The translations under genes and the position numbers were made by a program. Of a stretch of 24,000 bases of DNA, positions 6,879 to 15,378 are shown one piece after another. This DNA comes from Photobacterium sp. BZF1 (GTDB lineage Bacteria > Pseudomonadota > Gammaproteobacteria > Enterobacterales > Vibrionaceae), in the NCBI RefSeq assembly GCF_014349205.1, contig NZ_JACSOF010000032.1:1-24000 (forward strand). The letters are read 5' to 3'. How positions within the stretch are numbered: position 1 is the stretch's first letter; each line of letters begins with the position of its first letter. The notes below the pieces were generated by a model. It was not told where the DNA came from. It saw only the letters and a program-made list of their open reading frames with translations, and did not search any database.

Positions 6879-7544
6879 TATCTTCAGAATAATCCCAAAT
6901 CTGCTGAGCCAGCGCGGCATTGACGAATTTTGGGGATGTTTTGTGTAGCGCAGGGGCCCCAAATCCCGTATCTTGGGCCATAGAACCCTTGCGGTTTTAT
7001 CTCTGGCGCCGTTGCGGCTAGCAACTGTTAACGGCAGCCATTATTAATGGAAGAGGCTAAACAGCGTGAAGCCAACCTCCCTAAGGAAGGTTTTACACGT
7101 TAGAAATGTAAGGTTGACACCACCTTATCAAAGCTGCATTATAGAGACTAATAATGCATCGATTGCATATAAAGCCCCACCTGCCAGGTGAAATCTGGGG
7201 TTCCTGGCCCACTCTAATCCTTAGCTGTATGACGCAGCTCCAATTTGCATCATGTGATGCAGCATCAAGATAATGCGTCCTCGTTGCGCCCAAAATTTAC
7301 TCTAAGCACACTCAACCAATCTATCTTGCTTTCAATACCTGCAATCTCTTTGCGGTGTCTTCGCACACCACAACAAAATGAACCCGTAAGCAATCCAATA
7401 ATTTGATTCGTTTCAATCACTCAATCATCATCTTGAATAGACGCTTTGATACTTTCAGCGTCATAAACTCCACCATTATTCCAAACAGCCAACGTGTTAG
7501 TGCTCTTGACTGCGCTTTAAGTATATACACCTAGACCGTAGGTC

Positions 7545-7590
7545 CTGAAATGAAACCCGCCGCAGGCGGGACGCAACTTTCAGCTCTTTT
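7545..7590. terminator. two-tier GC hairpin with flanking U-tracts on both strands (orphan bidirectional terminator-like element)
   Basis: The outer stem is CTGAAA (7545-7550) with TTTCAG (7578-7583). The inner stem is CCCGCC (7556-7561), loop gca, GGCGGG (7565-7570). On the plus strand CTCTTTT follows. On the minus strand TTTCATTTC follows the inner stem. No annotated gene ends here. Confidence 0.45.
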
Positions 7591-7705
7591 CCAATAACTA
7601 CTCAGGCGGAAGTGAAATAAAGTTCGCCCTCAAATAGCCCGTTTTAGAGACAGTTCGGCGCTTGTGATAGTGGATGTTGGCCACCGTATGGTGAGACGCA
7701 ACATA

Positions 7706-7865
7706 CCCCTCAGGCCACCACAAGGCAGTTGTTTCTGGGTAATACCGATTGATAGAAAAAGCGTGGGTGTCGCTTTAACTACCCCTCCCCCACTCATACA
7801 GGAAAGCGCAGTCGTTAGTACGACACGAGAAGATGCAGACTTCACTTTCTGGTGGCCCTTAGGGG
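7706..7865. other. ~160-nt domain closed by a long-range inverted repeat (possible ncRNA or recombination-site architecture)
   Basis: CCCCTCAGGCCACC (7706-7719) pairs with GGTGGCCCTTAGGGG (7851-7865), giving 6-bp and 5-bp perfect sub-stems. Internal hairpins include AAGCG-tgggtgt-CGCTT (~7759-7777) and GTCGT-tagt-ACGAC (~7811-7824). A third GGCCACC copy lies at 7679-7685. Confidence 0.3.
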
Positions 7866-7969
7866 CATTAAATTTTGCTTAGCACTGGCCGATTCCGCCG
7901 AAAGGCTTGCCAACATCAGGGGTTGGATAAGAGAAAAGAGATAGAAGTCGAATATGTTATGGAGGATTG

Positions 7970-8926
7970 ATGATGAGAAATTTAAACACGCCCAATTTTA
8001 ACTTGGGTAATCGACGCATGGATTTGGCGCTGAAAAATGCACTTATAGAACTAGGGCAAAGCTATAAGAGCGTGGCAACCAACCATGGACACATAAAACA
8101 ATTCACATCCTATTTGTTTAAAGAGCATGGGATCCGCCAACTGGCCAAAATTGAGCATGGCCATGTCGCCGCCTATGCCAACGTTCTTGTAGAGCGTTAT
8201 GACCAAGGGGAGATCAGCGCCTCCACAGCCCAAAATGCGCTCAGTGCCATCAACTCAGCGATGAGTCAGGCGAGGCAAGATGAAGTATGCAGAGTCACAG
8301 GAAAAGAAGCCGGATTGCCTGGCCGTACTTTTGTCGCAACCAAAGATAAAAGCGTTGACGATGATAAACACATGGCAATAAAAGCTAAGGTCTCAGAACG
8401 ACTGGCCAGCCAACTCGACCTGCAACGCACCTTGGGATTGAGATTCAAAGAAAGTTGCTTAATCAATGCGAATAACATTCTCAAACAAGCAAAGAGCCAT
8501 GGGACCGTTCGAATCATAGATGGCACAAAAGGTGGTCGCCCAAGAGAGGTACCGATTACATCCCCAAACCAAATGGAAGCCTTGAAAGTAGCAGCACAAA
8601 TTCAGGGGGAGGATAAATCGATGATCCCACCATCCATGACCTTCAAAGATTACCGGGAAGCCGCGAATAACGAAATTCGCGGCAAGATGGCCGGGTTCCA
8701 TGGAGAAAGGCACACCTATGCCAATGACCGATACGAAAAACTGTCAGGCTTACCAAGCCCTGTTCGTGCCGGCATTGAGCATGGTAAAGCCCATCACCAA
8801 TACATCTCACAACAACTATCAATATCAATATCGGAAGCCAAAGCCCTTGACCACGCGGTACGCTTGCAAATATCAAACGAACTCGGCCATGGCCGTATTG
8901 ATGTCACCAACAGTTATTTGGGGTAG
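7970..8926 (+). CDS. tyrosine recombinase / integrase-family protein
   Basis: The catalytic signature appears in order: LGLRFKES (Arg), TKGGRPREV (Lys/Arg), FHGERHTYA (H-x-x-R) and LGHGRIDVTNSYLG (His...Tyr nucleophile). A Shine-Dalgarno GGAGGA lies at 7961-7966, with ATGs at 7970 and 7973 (the track lists the TTG at 7967). Confidence 0.8.
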   Translation: MMRNLNTPNFNLGNRRMDLALKNALIELGQSYKSVATNHGHIKQFTSYLFKEHGIRQLAKIEHGHVAAYANVLVERYDQGEISASTAQNALSAINSAMSQARQDEVCRVTGKEAGLPGRTFVATKDKSVDDDKHMAIKAKVSERLASQLDLQRTLGLRFKESCLINANNILKQAKSHGTVRIIDGTKGGRPREVPITSPNQMEALKVAAQIQGEDKSMIPPSMTFKDYREAANNEIRGKMAGFHGERHTYANDRYEKLSGLPSPVRAGIEHGKAHHQYISQQLSISISEAKALDHAVRLQISNELGHGRIDVTNSYLG

Positions 8927-8928
8927 AT

Positions 8929-9231
8929 ATGTCACCAGAATCTAAAAAAATTATCGACTTTCACTTTGGTGTCTATCGTCGTCAAGGAGCAAAAAAATAT
9001 CGCAAAAAGCAATACAGACGGTTACTCAATCTCCTGAATGATATTTTTAGGCATGAGCCCTCAGCACATGGTGAGTTAGAACGAATAGGACGAAAACAGG
9101 TTATCGGTTACTGGCAACGCACAAGAAATGAAACGGACCAAACACGATTAGAAAAATGGCGTGTTTTAGACCGATTATTTCAGGCAATAAAGAAGCCAAG
9201 CCCTCCAAGGCCAAGAAGAAAAGACAGTTAA
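8929..9231 (+). CDS. small basic protein translationally coupled to the recombinase
   Basis: The ATG lies 2 nt after the recombinase stop. The 100-aa protein is Lys/Arg-rich. The segment LLNLLNDIFRHEPSAHGELERIGRKQVIGYWQR loosely parallels the recombinase N-terminal segment IKQFTSYLFKEHGIRQLAKIEHGHVAAYANV (core-binding/SAM-like pattern). A strong terminator follows the gene. Confidence 0.6.
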   Translation: MSPESKKIIDFHFGVYRRQGAKKYRKKQYRRLLNLLNDIFRHEPSAHGELERIGRKQVIGYWQRTRNETDQTRLEKWRVLDRLFQAIKKPSPPRPRRKDS

Positions 9232-9242
9232 AATGCAGCCTT

Positions 9243-9279
9243 AAGCAAGTCTTTCATCTGATTAGACTTGCTTATTTTT
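9243..9279 (+). terminator. rho-independent terminator of the recombinase operon
   Basis: AAGCAAGTCT (9243-9252) pairs with AGACTTGCTT (9264-9273), a 10-bp perfect stem, followed by ATTTTT. Confidence 0.8.
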
Positions 9280-9788
9280 GCTCTCGAGGTCGAAATCAGA
9301 GGCAGCATGCAATAGATAAATCCAAGCTACTTACGCGTTTAAAATCATGATCTAGCTCTCTCGTATCCACCAACATCAGCTTAGTCATATTGAATCACTT
9401 TTACTCCCCTCTTATTTATAACGAGCAGATGAAATCAACGCTGAAAGGAAATGCAGTGAACACGACAGTGTAAGTTAGTTAAGCGATGAAGAGCAGGAAG
9501 ATTGGGGCAACTATACTGAAAATTTATCGAAAGAACTGCAATCGTAACAAACCTCTGCTCTTATCCGTTTAGGGAGTATTCCATAATTCTTATCAGTTAA
9601 TTATTAATTCAGGCAAGTTAGTACATAAAATATTCATATACTTCAGTTACCCTCGCCATTCTTGCTTCTTCAATGATCTTAGCATGCATGACCAACATCC
9701 CATAGACAGGGAATAAACCAAATGAAGCTAGATAGTTATAACGAAGCTGCGAGTAACCACTTTGAGATTCACTAGGAAATAATCGGCA

Positions 9789-9992
9789 ATGAAAAACACA
9801 CATTTTATCGAAGTAAAACGGTACTTGGAGCGTCAATATTCTGTACCAGCAGCTTACATCGATAGCCTGAAATCAGCACCACTTAAAGGATATCCCAATC
9901 AATATGCAGTTCTCGTAGAAGCGTTTGATAAAGAGTGGAGTTTCTTGGTTGATACCAGCTCGTCGAAAATCAACATCACAGAAGTCAAATAG
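9789..9992 (+). CDS. hypothetical small protein (67 aa)
   Basis: ATG-initiated ORF with protein-like composition and no recognisable motif. It overlaps a TTG-initiated antisense ORF that looks less plausible. Confidence 0.35.
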   Translation: MKNTHFIEVKRYLERQYSVPAAYIDSLKSAPLKGYPNQYAVLVEAFDKEWSFLVDTSSSKINITEVK

Positions 9993-10160
9993 CGCATATA
10001 CCAAGAACACTATTATGTGATCGCTCAATGCTAGCCCATTCGGAGTTACACCTGGTTGACATCTCAGTTCATCAAAGCATCATTTGACTTATTTTTTCTT
10101 CTACTTGTAATGTTTTCTATAAGATAGGTGTTACATCAATTTAAGTTATGAGGCAACGGA

Positions 10161-10730
10161 ATGTTTAGCTTACTACTTGGCTTAGTATTGTTTCTTGGTA
10201 TTCACTCGATTTCAATCATCACACCGCTATATCGAGAGAAGTTCGTAAAGAAAAGTGAAACCGTGTACAAAGCCGTTTATTCTTTGCTGTCTTTTCTGGG
10301 TATCTATCTTATTGTTACAGGTTTCGGTGCACTCAGGACTGACACAAGCGTTATTTATGTTGGATATCAATCTTTAAGGCCACTAGTTTATCTGTTTATG
10401 CTAGTCGGATTTATCCTCTTTTTTGCTCCCTATTTTCCTGGAAAAATTAAAGCAGTCACAAAAAATCCACAGTTGTTATCAGTAATCTTTTGGGCATTTT
10501 CTCATTTATTAGTTAACGGTAATTTAGCCGATATCTTGTTATTTGGATCTTTCTTAGTGTGGGCCACTGTCGATCTAATTTCGATGAGGAAACGCCATCA
10601 GAGAGTCGTCTCGCCTTTGAAGACCTCTTGGGTGAATGACGTGATAGTCATAGTGCTTGGAACGATTGTTTACGGCACCTTTGCGATGTTTTTACATGGC
10701 TATTTAATCGGTATTCCCTTAATGAGTTAA
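10161..10730 (+). CDS. NnrU-family integral membrane protein
   Basis: The 189-aa protein has about 5 hydrophobic helices. The N-terminus LLLGLVLFLGIHSISIITPLYREKFVKK...YKAVYSLLSFLGIYLIVTGF matches my recollection of NnrU-family proteins. Confidence 0.65.
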   Translation: MFSLLLGLVLFLGIHSISIITPLYREKFVKKSETVYKAVYSLLSFLGIYLIVTGFGALRTDTSVIYVGYQSLRPLVYLFMLVGFILFFAPYFPGKIKAVTKNPQLLSVIFWAFSHLLVNGNLADILLFGSFLVWATVDLISMRKRHQRVVSPLKTSWVNDVIVIVLGTIVYGTFAMFLHGYLIGIPLMS

Positions 10731-10787
10731 CGGTGTCTGTCCTGCTATTAATCAGAGTGCGTTACCCTTACCAACATCGGCGGAAAA

Positions 10788-11197
10788 CCCCTTCCTTCAG
10801 GTGGGGGATGGATAGCCGTTATTGCGTAGCAATAAACCGATTGACAACATAATCAGGGTGCTCGACTACACTGTTTATAAATACAGTGTTCGGAGCTACA
10901 AATGCAAAAATGAACAATGCAACTTTGTAGGAATCTGAGATAACGTTGGTGCAACCAACTTTTTGAATAAACAACACCACGATGGAAGGATTAAAGCTGG
11001 CGCTATGATCCCCCCATCGGTGGTAAAGTATCACCGACCCGTGCCTATGCGCCGGAACGGTATAGTCCGTCTGACTGGCGGCATGTTGCTAGATACCCCC
11101 CTTAAATCGGCATCGGATACTTCGGTATCAGGCTCTAACGAGCCGTCGTTGCTGACTTCTGCGGCCTGCTCTAGAATCTCCTCCTTCAGGTGGGAGA
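10788..11197. other. non-coding segment bounded by two direct-repeat hairpins with identical loops (candidate IS200/IS605-derived PATE/MITE or structured ncRNA)
   Basis: The 13-mer TCCTTCAGGTGGG occurs at 10793-10805 and 11182-11194. Copy 1 has stem CCCC (10788-10791) with GGGG (10803-10806). Copy 2 has stem TCTCC (11177-11181) with GGAGA (11193-11197). The interior contains GATAC-TTCG-GTATC (11116-11129, a UUCG tetraloop on the plus strand), TCGGTG...CACCGA (11017-11037), ACACTGT...ACAGTGT (~10869-10890), and two C6 runs each followed by ATCGG (11010 and 11096). Confidence 0.4.
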
Positions 11198-11388
11198 GCA
11201 GTCAATTAAATCAAAGTAACAAGAAAAATGTGAGCTCAGATCCTCAAGTTTCTGATGCAAATACTCAGAGATTGGAGACAACTCTCCCATCGCATTTAAC
11301 AGGGTTACACGATAAGTCATTTATCTTCCTTGATAATGTGGGTTAAGAGCAGCGAGCTTACAGTATAAAGAGTGAGCAGTTCTAGCGA

Positions 11389-12180
11389 TTACATCCCTTT
11401 GAACAAACTTTGAGATGCACGGCTCACAGGGAGCTTGCTTTCTCCAACGTGAACAAACATTCTACCAGCAAAGTCTTTGTTTACTTTGCTAATTTTACAC
11501 ACTTGTACCACGCTTGAACGGTGCACTTGCCAGAACTGTTCTGGGTTAAGCTGCCCTATCAACTCTTTCAGCGATGTGCGAATCAAATACTCCTGCACTT
11601 TGCCTTGTCCTTGTTGGGCATACACAGAAACGTATTTTTCTTCCGCTTTGAAATACAACACATCAGACGTGGCGATCAGATGAATATCTTCCCCTTGCGT
11701 CGCTTTGATCCACTGAAGAAATTGCGGCGTTTGTGGAGCGGATAATCGTTGCAGCTGCTCTAATAGGCTGCTCATCTGCACATTGCTACTTTCTTGCTCT
11801 CGCTTAGCAAGGCGAGCTTTCACTCTTTCACACGTCTTCAGGAGGCGCTCATCCGAGATAGGCTTCAACAAATAATCGGCGGCATTTTGCTCAAAAGCTT
11901 TGATGGCGTAATCATCGTACGCGGTAACAAACACAATCAAAGGTGGGTGGGAGAGTTGATTAAGTTTTTGCGCTAATGTCATGCCATCCAAAACTGGCAT
12001 ACGAATATCGAGAAACGCAATGTCAGGTTGGCTTTGCTCAATGGCTTGCAACGCTTGTTCACCATCCGCGACTTTGGCTATCACCTCTAGCTCTGGCCAC
12101 ACTTCAGCTAGGCTTTTATCAAGATGACGCCTCAATAGCGGTTCATCATCAGCAATAATGGCAGTAAACTCTCTATTCAT
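11389..12180 (-). CDS. two-component response regulator, LytTR DNA-binding family (AlgR/LytR-like)
   Basis: The receiver domain shows [20 protein letters not shown] and ADYLLKP. The C-terminal LytTR domain shows [22 protein letters not shown]...[12 protein letters not shown]. Confidence 0.9.
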   Translation of the reverse strand: MNREFTAIIADDEPLLRRHLDKSLAEVWPELEVIAKVADGEQALQAIEQSQPDIAFLDIRMPVLDGMTLAQKLNQLSHPPLIVFVTAYDDYAIKAFEQNAADYLLKPISDERLLKTCERVKARLAKREQESSNVQMSSLLEQLQRLSAPQTPQFLQWIKATQGEDIHLIATSDVLYFKAEEKYVSVYAQQGQGKVQEYLIRTSLKELIGQLNPEQFWQVHRSSVVQVCKISKVNKDFAGRMFVHVGESKLPVSRASQSLFKGM

Positions 12181-12195
12181 TCCTTTCTTCCTTGA

Positions 12196-13218
12196 TTACG
12201 ATTCCATTGGCCAGGTCAAGCGAACACAAACGCCACCCTGAGCAGACTCACTGATAGAAACCTCTCCTTGCTCTGCGGACAGAGCTTCAATACGCTGCTT
12301 GAGATTACTTAGACCTACGCCTGAGCCCATGTGCCCACTAACGTGATTCAAGCCAACGCCAGTGTCTCTGACTTCGATCTGTAAGTTCTGGTGTTCACGC
12401 TTAATAAACAAACTGACTTCGCCGCCTTCTCGCTTCGGCTCAATACCATGGATGATGGCGTTTTCTATTAAGGGTTGTAGCATCATCGGCGGTAACTCGG
12501 TTCTACCTAGCCCCTCTTCCACCTCAATCTTGTAACTGAGTCGTTCACCCAAACGGGTTTGCTGAATGCCTAAGTAAGCCTCAATTAACGCCGTTTCATT
12601 GTCTATGGTGGTGCGTTCTTCGCGTGAACTTTTGAGCGTTGCACGCAAAAGTGCGGTTAACTGTTCGAGCATCAACTTGGCTCTATCGACATCTTGCGAC
12701 ATAAGAGCGCTGATATTCGCCAAGGTATTAAATAGGAAATGCGGTTCAATCTGGCTTTGCATCTGCTTTAACTGACTCAGTAACAGCGCACGGTCTTGCT
12801 CTGCTTTCTCGCGTTTGATGGCTTCCAACTCTCGTTGAGCGATCGCATGTTGCTCGCGTGAGTAGAAATAGAAAAAGCACATGGCACTGAATAACAACCC
12901 CATGAGTCCAACTGACAGCATACCTGAGATGCCGAAATATTCCCCGAGCCAGAACTGGGCGCTTACCACACCGAACAATAAGCAAGCCGTCAGCGAAATA
13001 GCTACTTCCGCCAAACGAGGAATGGTAGGAAACAGGCGATCGACAAGCCATGAGAAGAAGATAGCCGAATAGCCAAATCCAAAGCTAACCAACACATGGA
13101 TGTAGAATGGACCGCCCCAAACAGAGAACGTCATTGCTGCGATAAAGAGACAAAAGGCCGTTGTCACGAATAAGCTACGCGACCATCCACTCTTCACTGC
13201 TGATTTTGCTGAACACAT
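12196..13218 (-). CDS. membrane sensor histidine kinase, LytS/AlgZ (His_kinase + HATPase_c) type
   Basis: The N-terminus has about 4 transmembrane helices. The H-box is IEPHFLFNTLANI, the N-box LQPLIENAIIHGI, and the G-boxes VRDTGVGL and GSGVGLSNL. The start abuts the stop of the upstream gene (13218/13219). Confidence 0.88.
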   Translation of the reverse strand: MCSAKSAVKSGWSRSLFVTTAFCLFIAAMTFSVWGGPFYIHVLVSFGFGYSAIFFSWLVDRLFPTIPRLAEVAISLTACLLFGVVSAQFWLGEYFGISGMLSVGLMGLLFSAMCFFYFYSREQHAIAQRELEAIKREKAEQDRALLLSQLKQMQSQIEPHFLFNTLANISALMSQDVDRAKLMLEQLTALLRATLKSSREERTTIDNETALIEAYLGIQQTRLGERLSYKIEVEEGLGRTELPPMMLQPLIENAIIHGIEPKREGGEVSLFIKREHQNLQIEVRDTGVGLNHVSGHMGSGVGLSNLKQRIEALSAEQGEVSISESAQGGVCVRLTWPMES

Positions 13219-14547
13219 TTAGAATTTCCCTTTGATATTAAATACAATCATATGCTTATCATTGATTTGTGCGTAAGCAGATTGGTCGTCTCCGCTTAAA
13301 AAGCGTGCGGCAACTTCCACTTCTACACTTTGATCGCCGGTATCAATCCATTGGTAATTAAGCCACTGCGTGACAATCACACCGCCATCTTGCGGCGACA
13401 ACATCACATCCAACGTGGGTGTTACATCACTTAACCACCCCATATCCGCTTTGCCGCTCCATGCAGCCCATGCTTCCACATCCCAACTCCAGTGCAGCAT
13501 TACGTTATGCTGAACGATATTGGCATGCTGAAACCCTTGGGCATAACTTGTTGCAAGCAGAGACGTATTGGGAGCGGAAATTTGAGAGAGTAATTCTCCA
13601 CGTTCTATTGCTTGTTGCCATTCGCTTTTCGACCATGCACGGCTGTCGTACCAATATTCAGCGATCACATTGTGTCCAGCTTGGTTTGCCCAATTCAGTC
13701 CAACTAAGGCTTGGAATGCGCTGCCCTGCTCCTCAACCGAAACGGGTTGGTAAATATCATCCTGCTGAAACTGATAGCCGACACTTTGCTTTTGCCACAG
13801 CATTGAACCGTGTATGGCAATGGACTCATCCCACACGGCAATGGCACTGGCTCCAAGTAAACCTCGGCGCACATCATCGTAATAACCAATCAGCTGATAC
13901 TCTGTGTCACCCACCAGCGCATAACGGCGAATACCAACACCTTGCTGCTCTGCGGCTTGATCAAGTGAACTTTGGTCTTGTTGCCCCCAGCTTGAATCAG
14001 TCGCAATCACCGTCCATTCACCTGCCATATCGTAGTGTGAGAGTGAAAATACACCCGCGCCCTCTTCTGCGACTAAGCCAACAGGGTTTTGCCGATAAGG
14101 TTTAAACAGATCCAAAGGTCGGTAGCCATAACCGACACCCCAATCAACGCGCAACTTACCCAAACTCACATCAAGTGTGGTATCACCGACTTGCCATTCC
14201 CCTAGCCACGCAAGCTCTCGAATCAGCAGTTGGTTATCAGCTTCACTCCACCACTCACTCTCTCCTTGTTGATTGAGATACAAACCTTGGCTGTACAGGG
14301 CGAACAAGCCGCTGAAGTTTTGATAGTTCGCCTGTACATCCAGCAGCGCATTGAGTGAATCACGAGAACTGCCCTGCGCTTGCATAAACACGCTATCACG
14401 CTGCTTGGCAGTTTCGTAACTGACAGCCCAATCCCACTCAAAACTCAGTTCATCATTGGCAAAAACTGAGGCTGACGCGCCCACACACAATGAGGCAGCA
14501 ATCAACAGAATGGTACTTTTGTTAAGGTTAGGCTGACGCGATTTCAT
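13219..14547 (-). CDS. predicted outer-membrane beta-barrel protein (uncharacterised)
   Basis: The signal peptide is LLIAASLCVGASASVFA/ND. The sequence is aromatic-rich with an alternating pattern, and the C-terminus ...MIVFNIKGKF ends in Phe, as is typical of OMPs. No family was recognised by eye. Confidence 0.6.
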   Translation of the reverse strand: MKSRQPNLNKSTILLIAASLCVGASASVFANDELSFEWDWAVSYETAKQRDSVFMQAQGSSRDSLNALLDVQANYQNFSGLFALYSQGLYLNQQGESEWWSEADNQLLIRELAWLGEWQVGDTTLDVSLGKLRVDWGVGYGYRPLDLFKPYRQNPVGLVAEEGAGVFSLSHYDMAGEWTVIATDSSWGQQDQSSLDQAAEQQGVGIRRYALVGDTEYQLIGYYDDVRRGLLGASAIAVWDESIAIHGSMLWQKQSVGYQFQQDDIYQPVSVEEQGSAFQALVGLNWANQAGHNVIAEYWYDSRAWSKSEWQQAIERGELLSQISAPNTSLLATSYAQGFQHANIVQHNVMLHWSWDVEAWAAWSGKADMGWLSDVTPTLDVMLSPQDGGVIVTQWLNYQWIDTGDQSVEVEVAARFLSGDDQSAYAQINDKHMIVFNIKGKF

Positions 14548-14592
14548 GTGACTTCCTTGCCCGTTTACATGGTTCTATTTACGGAATTGATG

Positions 14593-15378
14593 CTAAAGCT
14601 GGGTCGTATTGGCTTTCGGCAAAAAGCTTGGGTTATAGAACTTGTTATCTAGTTGCCAAGGCACGATCTCTTGATACTCGATAACGGTCTTTTTGCTAGG
14701 CTGAATGCTATCAAGCAAAGTCATCTCACTGACGTAGTCTTCGCCGTTGTCGGTTGCACGTCCGTATTGCGCTTGCTTGGCGAGTTTGCCAGAGCGCAAA
14801 TAAAGATCGGCTTTGATTGGAAACGCATCTTGCTCAGACAACCACAAGTCGATCTTTTGGTAACTCGCCCCTTTGGTTTTCGCGGTTAAAGCAAGATGAT
14901 AAGCGGCCACACTTTCTCCTTTCACCGAAACGGTTTCTGTCGCTTTCCATTCACCGTGATAATCTTTGCTCCACGTCAGGGTTGAGATGTCGCCGATAGA
15001 CGCTTCACCAAGCAGCTTTTGCATTGGCGTGATGCGAATCGGACGGCGGCTCTTCGGCATTTGCAGCCAGTAGTTATCGCCCATCATCAACATCTTTTGC
15101 CCAGCTTCAACCGCCGATTTGAACACCACCAACGATTCACGATTTGGACGCGTGTACACGTGGTAAAGGCGAGTTTTATCTAACTCTTGGTCTTGATATA
15201 AGCGCACCAGTGACACCACTTTGGAGGAATCATCTTGCAAGCGGTAGCTGTCGGCTTTTTCAATCAATTGCGCGACTTGCTTTGCATCTAGCGGTGTTTC
15301 ATTCGCACTGGCATTCACGCTTGCAATGCCGCTTACCGTCAGCAGTGCAATTGGTAATAGTGATTTGAAATTAAACAT
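14593..15378 (-). CDS. LolA-like periplasmic protein (outer membrane lipoprotein-sorting protein family)
   Basis: The signal peptide is LLPIALLTVSGIASVNA/SA. The core SLVVFKSAVEAGQKMLMMGDNYWLQMPKSRRPIRITPMQKLLGEASIGDI resembles the LolA_like family as I recall it. The start overlaps the permease stop by 8 nt. Confidence 0.65.
   Translation of the reverse strand: MFNFKSLLPIALLTVSGIASVNASANETPLDAKQVAQLIEKADSYRLQDDSSKVVSLVRLYQDQELDKTRLYHVYTRPNRESLVVFKSAVEAGQKMLMMGDNYWLQMPKSRRPIRITPMQKLLGEASIGDISTLTWSKDYHGEWKATETVSVKGESVAAYHLALTAKTKGASYQKIDLWLSEQDAFPIKADLYLRSGKLAKQAQYGRATDNGEDYVSEMTLLDSIQPSKKTVIEYQEIVPWQLDNKFYNPSFLPKANTTQL

Noticed and set aside
5623-6962. About ten ORFs of 60-121 aa on both strands overlapping hipA
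   Set aside because: All lie inside or antisense to the strongly supported hipA frame. Their Arg/Pro/Ala-rich, low-complexity translations are typical of off-frame reading of GC-rich coding DNA.
7154-7190. Isolated palindromes ATGCA-tcgat-TGCAT and CACCTG-c-CAGGTG (the latter shares CCCACCTG with the 10.8/11.2 kb hairpin loops read on the minus strand)
   Set aside because: These are single short palindromes with no adjacent gene to regulate. The 8-nt match to the twin-hairpin motif is within chance expectation.
7641-7652. GTTTTAGAGA, resembling the start of a type II CRISPR repeat
   Set aside because: It is a single occurrence with no repeat-spacer periodicity anywhere in the window and no cas genes.
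7630-7882. Overlapping 71-aa (-) and 72-aa (+) ORFs upstream of the recombinase
   Set aside because: They are mutually antisense, have no ribosome-binding sites or motifs, and coincide with the inverted-repeat/hairpin domain. The region was treated as non-coding structure.
8505-8515. GTTCGAATC, resembling a tRNA T-arm, noticed while looking for an integration-site tRNA
   Set aside because: It lies inside the recombinase coding frame and has no cloverleaf context. No tRNA or tmRNA-like sequence was found in the window.
9618-9836. 72-aa minus-strand ORF overlapping the start of the 67-aa plus-strand ORF
   Set aside because: It starts at a TTG and has Cys/Phe/Tyr-rich odd composition. It is antisense to a slightly more plausible ATG ORF. 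Neither ORF is strongly supported.
10819-11346. 71-aa (-) and 127-aa (+) ORFs in the convergent intergenic region, plus a start-less minus-strand reading EEILEQAAEVSNDGSLEPDTEVSDADLRGV...
   Set aside because: None has a credible start or RBS, and no family is recognisable. The Ser/Pro/Thr-rich composition is unconvincing, and the ORFs overlap the hairpin-dense sequence. The acidic minus-strand reading could be a gene remnant, which is why a tblastx check is listed under the finding.
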